A stretch of DNA of 64,000 nt from Octopus sinensis (lineage: Eukaryota), in the NCBI RefSeq assembly GCF_006345805.1, contig NC_043015.1:47430001-47494000 (forward strand). The letters are read 5' to 3'. Within the stretch, counting starts at the first letter, position 1. Each line of letters begins with the position of its first letter. Made by a program: the position numbers and the translations under genes. The notes under the pieces are model-generated. The model was not told where the DNA came from. It ran no database searches and saw nothing but the letters and a program-made list of their open reading frames with translations. Below, in pieces: positions 13,717 through 25,559 of this stretch.

Positions 13717-14070
13717 AATACGTATACAAATGCATATGCTTTGTGTGTTTTCTTATGGCTGCAATAGCGTAGCGGAGTATATAAGCTCTCATGTCGTCGG
13801 TGTCAAAACACCCGAGTCATGGACAGGCGAGATAACTCACCCTGAATCCCATTTGGGTGTGACGGACATCGATATTTCGCCATTTTTGTGGCTTGTCAGC
13901 ATCTCGCTGAATCACCTAGCCAGTCCACGACTTATATGCTCATGGCTTGTAAAATCATGAGCTGGTATGCCAGGAAATTGCATACCTACATATGAATTAA
14001 AAGCAGCTTTTATTTCCGTGGCTTTAAGTGATGTAAAATTTGGAAAGTAACCCCAAATATTAACTTTGAA

Positions 14071-16125
14071 TAAATATATTTTTAAGCAATTTTTATTATA
14101 AACATAATATTATATTCTACTTAGATAATTAATAATAATCTTTTTTAACGAGTGAAATTTTATATTTTGACTTATAATAATGAAATTATTGTATACAGTG
14201 CTCAGGTGCACCACAACTTGTCAGAAAGTGCATATAAAGTACATGCAATAATGTAGAAATGTCTGGAAAGCGAACAATGTATGAGTCAGATACATGCTTG
14301 TGTGTGTATGAAGGGGAGAAAATCAAGTGTAGTGTTGGCGAATCTCCGACAACTAACAACTGATGCTGGCAGTTTGTTCCATGCTTCAGCAACTCTCAGC
14401 GTGAAAAAATGTTTCCTGAAGTCATGGGAGCTGTGCTGTTTAGAGATAACTTGTTTTTAATGTGTACATATTTTAATACATAAACAGAATAATAAAACAA
14501 TTGCTGCGTGGAAGGTGTTTATAAGCCATTTAAGAAACACACAAAATCCGTTAGATTCACTTCAGCATTTAAATTTAATTCGACAAAATATTTTCGTCGC
14601 TTTGAGACCACGACCTGTTCACTGACAAAATTCCGTGCTGCATAATTTTGTCAGAGAACAGGTCGTGGTTTCAAAGCGACGAAACTATTTTGACAAATTA
14701 AATTTAAATGTTGAAGTGAATCGAACGGATTTTGTGTGTTTCTTAAATGGCTTATAAACAGCTTCCACGCTGAAATTTGTTTTCGTTCCAGCACACGATC
14801 TCAGATCAGGTCACTTGCTATGCAAGTACATCTCCAGAATAATAAAAATTAATATGAAATCTCAAAACAAAAAAAAAAGCATTTTTTATGTTTAATATTT
14901 TTGGACTAGGTTTTCTCCCAAAATATTCGTCTCGATACACTCTTTCATTTGAGTTCAAGTAATATTAGTTTTATCTCAAAAAGTCGAAAATGTTTTGATT
15001 CTTAAAAATTACCACCATTTTTTTCTTCGTCACCAAACTCTCTTTGCCGCCAATATTTTTTTGAAAAGGTTTTCACCATAAGATTCTTTTCATAGAGCTC
15101 TCCCATCTGAAGTAAACTAGAGCGCAGAATAGCTGTGAAAACAGCTTAGAAAATTGGTTAAATACCCTTAGAAAACGAGGCCCATACTTCTTGAACTCCA
15201 AGTTAAGTGCTCTTTGATATTAAGCTAAGCAACCCAAGACATCATATGCTGTCTTTTGTGAGGCTAAAAAGCTTAAAAGGACAAAAATATTTTGATTTAA
15301 AATGATCATCATTTTCGACACTTAAATCCACACCATTTCATTTTTTGTAACAAATATTTTTTGGTGAGGTTTTCACCATAAGATTCATCTCATAGAGCTC
15401 TTTCATTTGAACACAACTACTGTATAGTTTTCTTTTACAATAGCTGAGCTATTTTGATTCAAAGTCAATATTTGGGGTTACTAAGACGGCGAGCTGGTAG
15501 AATCGTTAGCATGCCGTACAGAATGCTTAGTAGCATTTCGTCCGTCTTTACGTTCTGAGTTCAAATTCTGCTGGGGTCAACTTTGCCTTTCGTGTTTTCG
15601 GGGTTGATAAAAATAAATACCAGTTGAGTACTAGGGTCGATGTAATTGACTTACCACCTCTCTTGCACTTGCTGGCCTTGTGCCAAAATTTAAAACAAAA
15701 AATCGAAACCAATATTGCTGACTCAGAAATTTTTTCGTCACTTAAAGCTACGCGGCTTGTTTTGTAACTAATATTTTTTAATGAGGTTTTCATCAAGAGA
15801 TTCTTCTCAATGAACACATTTTTAAAAAATCTAATTAATCTATACTTTTTCTTTTAAAGATATTTTGATTGAAAGTCAATTTTTCGCCTTACCCTCTCAT
15901 TTTCACCTCATATATTTTGATATGACTTATTTTTAATGAACCAAATTCCAATTATTTTATTTCAAAATGTTGCTTTGAGGTGCAGCATCATTGCTGAGAG
16001 AAAAAAAAGCGCATTTAATTTGGTTGAAAACTGAATTAGTGATTACACCTAGAACTGCACGCGTGTAAATAAAAGTTGGCGTTAAGAATATATTCCACCC
16101 ACGGCAGTGGGTGAATGGTACACAC
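14071..16125 (+). repeat. Unclassified interspersed repeat, copy B, interrupted by three insertions
   Basis: Homologous to 8985-10180. Insertions at ~14186-14450 (LINE-tail fragment), 14498-14834 (foldback) and ~15484-15710 (SINE A). Perfect terminal hairpin CACCCAC-GGCA-GTGGGTG at 16096-16113. Confidence 0.7.
14498..14834. mobile_element. Foldback insertion (~127-bp arms) carrying two divergent G3-C8 hammerhead-like motifs; probable PLE inverted terminal repeats
   Basis: Arms 14506-14632 and 14644-14770, 11-nt loop. 13-bp duplication CAGAATAATAAAA at 14485-97 and 14835-47; copy A has a single uninterrupted copy of this sequence. Confidence 0.75.
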
Positions 16126-16133
16126 GCACACAA

Positions 16134-16194
<61 letters not shown>

Positions 16195-16199
16195 ATATA

Positions 16200-16792
16200 C
16201 GTTTAAATATTTGTTGTGCAAGATTTTTTATGTGAAGTCGTGTGTTGAAACAGATATTGTTATATTCGGAATGGTCATATTGCCAGTTTAGCCAATAAAA
16301 ACACACGCACTATATATTTGGTGTTATTTTGCTTCAGTGTTATTTATTTTTTACATTAATCTTAATCTTATTTCGGCCAGAGTTCTTTCGTCACACTCCT
16401 GTGACCGCATCAGTGGTCCTTTGTTTTCTTCTTTCTTATTTGTGTCTCTCCTTACTAACCGTCAGCCATTTTGTATTTCTATTGTATGTCTTCATTTGCG
16501 CATGCTTATATCTCTATGTGCGTCTATGTTTATTTAGTGTGTGTATGTGGGGGCATGCCTGTAATATTTGTATCTTCTGTTTATATATGTTCATGTAATT
16601 TGTATTTTGTATTTTGTTTTTGTTATTTTTGTTTATTCTTATTTTGTTCATGTGTTTACATCCACTTATTATTATCATTACATATGCTTGTATGTATGTA
16701 TGTATGTATGTATGTATGTATGTATGTATGTATGTATGTATGTATGTATGTATAACAACAATACTAGTAATAATAATAATAAATCGAATCGA

Positions 16793-16834
<42 letters not shown>

Positions 16835-17641
16835 TTTATTTCTATTAGTTTATTTATCTGTATATTTATTATGTTTTCAGGATCCTCTATCGTCATATGT
16901 TGTGGTGTGTGTTAGTGCTCCATTCTAGTTTTCTATTCAGGCTAGGTTTATTTTCTATTATGTGTGTAGCTTCTGTAATTTGTCTAATTGTTGCATCTGA
17001 TCTATGTGTGGATAATATTTTAATTTCTATGTTATTGATTGATCGCCTGTGTTCCTGTTCGACGTGTTGGTACCGAATCGATGAGCTTTTACCTTCCTTG
17101 AGTTGTCTCCAATGCTCATTTACCCGCTCTCCTATGCTTCTTGCCGTTTCCCCTACGTATGTCGTTGTCTTGTTACTGCATCGTCCCTCTATACATCTTA
17201 TACTATAGACTACATTTCTGGCTTTACAGTTTGTTTGTGGGCTAAATCTACATACAGTACAGTACTTATCTGTACAGGGGGTTCTACTAAAAGGATAGGT
17301 TCTACCAATTATAGATTTGATAGGGTTTTGTATACAAAGGAGCCATGATGAAATTTGATAATATATTATGTAATGATAGGAATGGGATTTGCCCACTCTA
17401 TAGGAACAAGTCATGGAACACTATAGAAAGGACAAAAAAGAAAATAGGGAAGGCCAACTCTTGGTATGATAGCCATAAATACCAGAGTGTCATGTTCGTT
17501 GACACCACCCCTGGAGGTGAACTGGCGTACCGCTTTAGAAGGACCCTAGACAAACTTAAGCTAAGAATTAAGGTTGTTGAAAAGCCAGGCAACCCTATCA
17601 AATCTATAATTGGTAGAACCTATCCTTTTAGTAGAACCCCT
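16200..17641 (-). mobile_element. Penelope-like element 3' part: GIY-YIG endonuclease, inverted 5' segment, terminal repeat with hammerhead-like motif
   Basis: Minus ORF NVVYSIRC...TYVGETARSIGERVNEH...RQITEATHII...PSLN (GIY-YIG). The plus-strand segment 17345-17641 encodes the preceding linker. Hammerhead-like motif at 16375-16419. Confidence 0.85.
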
Positions 17642-17789
17642 TGGATGGTTTACCCATTGAGCTTTATCTTCATATGCCAGATTTGCGAATGTCTATCACA
17701 ACTGGCATCAAAACGTGAGAATTCCCTGTGTTGTGAGCTGTAGCGTGATGGTGCTGCTGAAAAAGAACCCGAACAAGTGGGACCAACAG

Positions 17790-18039
17790 ATAATTTAGGA
17801 CCGTATCTCTATTGAACGCAGATTGGTTGGTTTTGGCCAAAGTGTTAGCTAAGAGGTTGGAGCTTTTCGTTGATAAACTAGTCGGTGACGCTCAGATATG
17901 CACTATCCCAAATGGATCAATTTCCGACAACCTCCACCTCACGCGCTACATCGTAGTGATGGTAGGTAAGGAACTTGGCATGGATGGGGCCCATGTCAAT
18001 TTGGATCAATCAAAAGCTCTTCATAGGATCGACCACTAA
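17790..18039 (+). mobile_element. Tx1/L1-type LINE reverse transcriptase fragment
   Basis: LLNADWLVLAKVLAKRL...Q...IPNGSISDNL...NLDQSKALHRIDH matches RT motifs 1-3 (LLNxDxKILAKxLAxRL; LDxxKAFDRV). Confidence 0.75.
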
Positions 18040-18343
18040 TACTTGCAATCTGTGAGTGGAACAGTAAAAACATGCAAGACTTTTCTCCAGTTCCAGATGT
18101 GACTTTGTCTGTGATAACTACATCCCAAAGATGGAGCCTTGTATCTTTGTTGGAAACCGGCTCCCTCTTCAGTAGAAGATTTGTAATAAAAATAGAAGAT
18201 ACATACATACATACATACATACATACATACATACATACATACATACTTACGTACGTACGTACATACATACATACATACATACACACATACACACACACAC
18301 ACACATACATACATACACATACATACATACATACATACATACA

Positions 18344-18374
<31 letters not shown>

Positions 18375-18639
18375 GAGGGTACGCGGACCAGTGGTTTGTG
18401 AGATCACGGTTTCAATTCCGGACCTATCAGTGCTTTATGCTCTTGAGTAAAACTCTTCGTCAGCGATTACTTTGACATCTGACGAGTGGCACACTTGTGT
18501 CCCTGTACAGGCAATGTTGATATGATGGAAGGGGTGAGCTAGTGAACAGCGCAAACATTTGATCACTATAAACATGCCATTGACGCAGGTTATTCATCAA
18601 GAAATTGCAGGACCCTTATCCGTCGACCACAACAGGAAA

Positions 18640-19040
18640 ATCCACAAAACACCCACACACACACACACGCGCGCGCTCACATGCTCATTCGCGCACATAC
18701 ACACACATGCTCACTCACGCACATACACACACATGCTCACTCGCACGCACATATACACTTGCATGCACACACACACGCGCACACACACACATGTAGACAC
18801 ATGCACACACACACATGTCCAATTGCGCACACGCACATACACGCGCGCGCGCTCTCACATGCTCACTCGTGCACATACACACACATGCTCACTCGCACAC
18901 ATATACACACTCGCATGCACACACATATGTAGACACACAAACGCACACACACATGTACACACGCATGTAGACACATGCACGCACACAAATACATATGCTC
19001 AATTGCGCACGCACACTTACACACACACACACACACACGA
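18640..19040. repeat. Compound (CA/CG)-rich simple repeat with internal duplication
   Basis: Repeated ACATGCTCACTCGCAC units within CA tracts. Source of the His/Thr-rich ORFs. Confidence 0.85.
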
Positions 19041-19407
19041 AACACGCAATTTAGAAATTGTTAGATAATTCACTTAAAAATGTATTAAGCCTATCTGTAC
19101 CGCGATGGTCTTCCATTTAACCATCCCTAAGATTGGGAAACAAAGCGATTTGCACCGAATGTCATGAAATTACTATCAAATTGCAATTAGATTTAAATAA
19201 TGGACGATAAAAACCTAATGAGAACGACAATAATTTACCTGTTTCCCTATAATCCTACTGGAAAAGCTTCTGGCAAAAAGGATTAATTGTACCTATTGAT
19301 ATTTTTCATCGAACAACATAAATATTTCTTTTGTATTCCCGTATTTAATTGTTTGTATAAAAAAATAAAGAATACGTTGACCTAAATTGCTAAGAAATTT
19401 CTAAATG

Positions 19408-19442
<35 letters not shown>

Positions 19443-20187
19443 GTCCTCAGGAAAGTAAGTTTATTTAGCCAATATATTTAAGCGGTGTGTTTTCTGTAAC
19501 GTGTGTTTGTGATTCTCATGAAACACAACCACTGAAAATGTGTAAAGCTTATATATACACTCACCTAAATAGATTCTTTCCTAAACTTGCTTTTGGGGTT
19601 GTTAAGGGATACAATTGTTCAAACTGGCTGAGTGCAAAGAGAAATGACCACGTGATATTCTAGTCAAACATTTACGATCTCTTCATCTAGAATTACCTTT
19701 TTACAGCTTGGCAATGCAATTATAAAGTCCCCTTTTTTTTTAGTAAGGTAAGTTAACTGTCGAATATATTTATGTGCATGTATACATATACATAGTAAAT
19801 ATGAATGTGTTTGTGTGTGTGTGTATGAATGTATATGTATGTATTCATATACATGTGTGTGCGTGAGTGTGTACACATATAAATATATATGTATGTATGT
19901 ATATATATATATACATATATATACATATATATATATACATACATACGTATGTATACACATACATACATACATACATACATACATACATACATACATACAT
20001 ACATACATACATACATACATACATACATACATACATACATACATACATACATACATACGTACGTACGTACATACATATATATAATACACTCACACAATAA
20101 TATATATATTGATATTAATACACATATGTATGTATGTATGTATGTATGTATATCTATAATTGTCTATCTATATCTATCTATCTGTAT

Positions 20188-20221
<34 letters not shown>

Positions 20222-20737
20222 GCATTGATACTTAAATAACGACGATCGATGATGAGTATGACATGCTAAACTTTAGAAAGTCTTGCATATTTGTGCTATT
20301 CCGCTTACACATTATACTTGTAAAGTGTGTCAGCTTTTCACTTTCTTTTCTTTGCTTAAATCCCAATTTTCCGAATTGTTACTTAAGTATTTATTTACGT
20401 AACAAAATAGCTCAATAATTATTGAATATGGATTTGGTATCGAGGGAGAGAAGCTGGAGATTTGGAATCGGCCAACAATAAATATTCTCCTTCTCACTGA
20501 TTGTAGAAGAGGTGGCCACACCTTCAAGACAGCTAAGCTCCATGACTATCCACGATTTTTCTTTTTTCAGTCCCAGATAACTATATCGGGTCTATTATAT
20601 TTACTTACACTCAACAGAAGTTTTGATGTGAAAGTTCTGCTAATATTCCTCGTGCTGATATGTATGAATGCATTCAAAACGGAATTTTTTTGTATCTATC
20701 TTAGAGTAGTCTTTCTTTTTGATGGCATTACATATTT

Positions 20738-21171
20738 GGATCTTTTCGGTTTGAACGGCAGTTTTTTCTAGCGGTGTCATATGAAATTGTCACCCATAAT
20801 TATGACCCTAGTATCGATCTATTGCATTTCAATCTGTTTTAGAGTTAGGGTTAGTTAGGGTTAGAGTTAGGGGTGGGAGGGAAGGGTATCTTTTTTTTTT
20901 CACAAATGTAAATAAACCCAAACTGTTTCTTAAACGAGGGACATATTCATACGGCACAGAATGTTTTCACCTCAATAGACGGTCATTGATTGGTTGAAAT
21001 TGCAGAAATTGAAGAAAAACAACAACAAATATCTTACAAACTATAGAATTTTCTCAATAAACCCAGGAGAAAAAGATGTTTTATAAACACATTCTACCAG
21101 TATACGAAGTTTAAAAGTGTTTAGTTACCTAGAAATTATGTTAAAAACTGCCGTTCAAACCGAAAAGATCC
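20738..21171 (+). mobile_element. GG-terminal MITE, intact 434-bp copy
   Basis: Perfect TIRs and perfect 8-bp TSD ACATATTT (20730-37, 21172-79). Confidence 0.92.
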
Positions 21172-21839
21172 ACATATTTTAGCAACAACAAGCATGACAC
21201 AATGAAAAGAATATTTTGATGACTTTTGGCGGGAAACTAATTGTCATGTGCAAGATGTCTTCAGTTACATCTTGGAAGTTTAAGAGTACTCAGTCTGTTT
21301 TTGTTCATTAGGTATTTCGTAGTTCTGTCCTACTTTAGGTCTACAAAAGCATAACCTTCAAGATGCGATGTGGTGTAATGATTACGAGTCCAAGAGAAGC
21401 TATTTAGGTTAATATTATCATCCTTAAAACGTCGAGCCGACACGCCGGGTGAAATACTTCACGTTCTGAGTTCAAATTCCGCCGAGGTCAATTTTTGCCT
21501 TTCATCCTTTGGAGGTCGATAAAATAAGTACCAGTTAAACACTGGGGTCGATGTAATCGACTTACCCCTCTCCGGAACTTACTGGCCTTGTACCAAAATT
21601 TGAAATCAATATTGCCATCGTCCTTATACATAGTCTTATTGTGATATGTCACGTATCACTTTCCGGACTTCACTATTGATCTATGCGATGTCGTTCTCAT
21701 AACTTTTGAGCACTTGATTAATATTTCATACGACACACAAAGGATCTTTTCTTCTGACATGAAGTCTGTCAGTACAAAGAATGCATCAAATTATTTGCTT
21801 AAATAAGTATAAGTGCAGTCAATGAATAATGTATGTAAG

Positions 21840-21864
21840 TATGTATCTATCTGTCAATCAATCA

Positions 21865-21911
<47 letters not shown>

Positions 21912-21913
21912 AG

Positions 21914-21958
<45 letters not shown>

Positions 21959-22017
21959 ATGTCTGTCTATCTATCAGTCTATCTGTCTGTCTATCTATCA
22001 GTCTATCTATCTGTCTG

Positions 22018-22060
<43 letters not shown>

Positions 22061-22137
22061 GTCAGTCTATCTATCTGTCTGTCTATCTATCAGTCTATCT
22101 ATCTGTCTGTCTATCTATCTATCTATCTATCTATCTA

Positions 22138-22195
<58 letters not shown>
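21840..22195. repeat. (TCTA)n/(TA)n/(TG)n compound microsatellite
   Basis: Direct reading. Confidence 0.95.
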
Positions 22196-22196
<1 letters not shown>

Positions 22197-22199
22197 TTA

Positions 22200-22400
22200 T
22201 ATATATTCGCCATGATATATCGTTGGCCACTACACACATTTTTTTCTCTCCTTGTTTTTTTTTTCTGTGTCCCTTTCTGTAGAAGAGCGTAGGCTCGAAA
22301 CGTAAAAGACTTTTTCTATTCCTGAGCGTTATACTAATACAGCTGTTTGTTTTGTATACCACCTGTCTTTGTCTTTTATTTTTTTCGTAAACTCTCCCAA
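22200..22400 (+). mobile_element. PLE terminal-repeat-like fragment with a minimal hammerhead-like motif (22273-22308)
   Basis: CUUU CUGUAGAA GAGC GUAG GCUC GAAA CG UA AAAG. Inverted homologue of 2190-2400. Confidence 0.6.
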
Positions 22401-22416
22401 TATATATATATAATAT

Positions 22417-22484
<68 letters not shown>

Positions 22485-23229
22485 ATATAAATATAGGGTT
22501 ATGACTTTTTCACTACCTAATAACCCTAAACTGTAATTCGATGAATAATTTCATAAAAGTCAGGAAACTAACATTTATTTTGCTCTATTTAAAAAAAAAT
22601 GTCACTCCCAACTTAAGAAATCGATCACCACTTTTTACCCAAATCATGTAAAATTCTAGGGTAGTTCATAACGCCTGCTCAAGTTTTTACCAAACCTGAT
22701 GAGCTGGCTCAAGGCAATGCAGAAATATTATATCTGAAATCTCAGCTTTCTAGTTGAAGTAGTTTCGGAGTTACGGGCTTTTTAAACTATAATCACTTAG
22801 CGGTTCGGCAAAAGAGACCGATAGAATAAGTACTGTGCTTACAAAAGAATAAGTCCCGGGGTCGAGTTTCTCGATTAAAGGAGGTGCTCCAGCATGGCCG
22901 CAGTCAAATGACTGAAACGAGTAAAAGAGTAAAAGAGAATCACGAGGTGGCACTAGATTCACACTTCCACTGTCTAAATCCTTGTAAACGCAAGAGAGAT
23001 GTGGAATAAAAGTATATTTATACATTTTTAAGATTACTGAATTGAAATTGCTCTATGAAAGGTTCAAGACTAGGCTATTTTAAGACAGAGGCTACTACAA
23101 GCATTCGATAACATACAAAATTAAAAACAATACATATTTTTAACTTCATAGGTTTAATTCCAATTTTAAGTAACTGTATGAGAAAATAGGTGCTAAATGT
23201 TGGCAAATTTTTAAGCGTAACAAAGAATT

Positions 23230-24050
23230 AATATGTTTTGTTAGATAAAATAAATCGAAGCTGAAGTTTCTCCTTTTTACAAACATCATAACGATCTTGA
23301 AGGCACTTAATTGCCCGTTCTGCACTCTGATTTGTTCTGGGAATTTCCAGTTTTGATGGTTATCGACTTCAAAATTTCTTTACAGAGTTCAATGTTTTTT
23401 TATGAACTTGCAGGCTACCACATAACTTCTGATAATCATGTGCATTGAACATTTGGTCAGTAAACCAAAAACCTGCCCACCTCTAAGAGATGAATCGACA
23501 AACATTGAGAAGCAAAACTCTTTTCTCTGTTAGAAGAATAAATGCCAAAAGAGCTAGTATTGCTCAAGAATCCCATTTTGCATTACTTAAGTTGGGTATT
23601 TTTTAGAACTTTACCTTAGGAAATTTGCTGGTTTCTTCAAAGAAACGAAAATCTCGGGTCAAATGAATTAGAAATTTCATGTCATCTCGTCATCCTGCTG
23701 ATTCTTTAATCTTTTCTTCACCATTGTTGAACTTAGCCGGGAGTTTCTCGTAATTATTTAGAAGCTCTGGGAATAATGTATTTTCAATATTGGGACATTA
23801 CTTTTTTCTCCAAGTTCGTTATCCATTACAATACGAAGCACTCTATCAAGGATATTTTCATTTTTTTTTTTCATTTTATCTAGTTTCAGCTCACGAGCTG
23901 TGGCCATGCTGGGGTACCACCATTGTTGCTGACAACCAATAAATTGCAGTTCTTTCCAACCCTTTTGAGCAAACAGTCTTTGCAACTGAATGACGGTGCC
24001 ATTTCTTTTCCCAGTGTTCACACTCGTTGTATCAGCGACCGTAACACAGC
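23230..24050 (-). pseudogene. Decayed DDE-type transposase remnant (family unassigned)
   Basis: Interrupted minus-strand reading ADTTSVNTGKRNG...FIGCQ...ILDRVLRIVMD...AKWDS*AILALLAFIL...IPRTNQSAERAIKCLQD. Contains DTTxxNTG, Cx(H)H-like and NQxAER motifs, with stops and a SINE-derived insert. Confidence 0.5.
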
Positions 24051-24677
24051 GGTCCGGCAAAAGAGACCAATAGAATAAGTACTAGGCTTACAAAGAATAA
24101 GTCCTTGGGTCGATTTGCTCGCCTAAAGGCGGTGCCTCAGCATGGCCACAGTCAAATGACTGAAACAAGTAAAAGAGTAAAAGAGTAATATGGCCAAGAG
24201 TTTTGTTGTTTGGAGTGGCTCAAAACGTTGACCGTCGTTTCGGCTTGTCAGTGACTGATTTTTCCCTCCCCCACTTGACATCTCATTGGTAATTGTTCGC
24301 CAATCTCAGCTGAAATCAATTTTTGGCGGGAAATATTCGAATTGCATCCTAGAGCATCATTCTTCCACCGAACAACAATAAATACAGGGTTATTTTTGTC
24401 TCTCAATCAGAATCCATGTTTCACGTTCTCTCAACCATTCGTACGTCATTGTTTCTGTACGTATATTTTGAATTTATATCGCGCGGGCGCGGACGGGCGC
24501 ACTGGAGTACCACCTTTAGTCGACCCCAGGACTTATTCTTTGTAAGCCTAGTACTTATTCTATCGGTCTCTCTAGGTGACGGGGACGTAAACACACCAGC
24601 ATCGGTTGTCAAGCGATGTTGGGGGGACAAACATAGACACACAAATACACACACACACACACACACGCACAGACACA

Positions 24678-24752
<75 letters not shown>

Positions 24753-25028
24753 CACTAAGGAAAAGAAAACATTTCATGTTGTTTCAAGTAGATTTTCAAA
24801 TGTATTGTTTCCAACTCATTTATTCTTTGAATGAATAATTCTACCTGCCATGCCAATTTTCATTTTCCTCTTTGATTTTCTATCCACTTGGACATTTTCT
24901 CTCTCTCTCTTTGCTGTTCTTTACCTGCCACATTTAGCTGTTTATATTTCTTGCATTAAATTCTTCAAGTAATTTACCACTTTAGTCAATTTTTATGTAA
25001 TATCATAACGATTGTCAACGTTCAACTA

Positions 25029-25548
25029 CCGTAATTCCTCAAGTATAATCCACATTTTTTCCCCAAAATTTAAAGGACAAAATCTCTAGTGCGTTCTATA
25101 TACGAGGTTAAAAATGAAAAATATTTTCTAAGCAATGTCCGAGTCTCTATTTGCTGTCCGGTAATGTTTATTCAGACGCATTTTGTGATGTCGGGCGCAA
25201 AAATACCTTAAGCTAAGCCTGAAAGCAATGAAGTCATAAAAGAATCATTCATAACTTGCAGTAAGTAACATTTATTAAAATAAAAGTATTCAGAACACAG
25301 AATAACATGTAACAAAAACAATTTGCAAACATTTACATTCCCATATAACAGTTAAGAACATCGCCATTATTGTATTACGCATGCGTGGAAGTGTTCGTTT
25401 GACTAGGTGCTGCTAGCTTAATTACGCACGACTGAAGTTAGAGAAGGGGTGCGTATTATACACAAGGTTTAGGTTTTTCAGAAGTACAGCCCGCTAAAAA
25501 TCCCCTGCGTATTATACTCAAGGGCAGACTATACTCGAGGATTTGCGG
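25029..25548. mobile_element. Tc1/mariner-superfamily MITE
   Basis: TIRs CCGTAATTCCTCAAGTATA / TATACTCGAGGATTTGCGG flanked by TA on both sides. Confidence 0.7.
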
Positions 25549-25559
25549 TATATGTATGT

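Noticed and set aside
20400-20600. Unique-looking stretch with a WIVMEL (kinase-like) peptide on the minus strand
   Set aside because: No flanking kinase motifs, no convincing splice sites and no partner exons.
22697-22735. CUGAUGA...GAAA spacing
   Set aside because: No closing stem II pair and no stem I.
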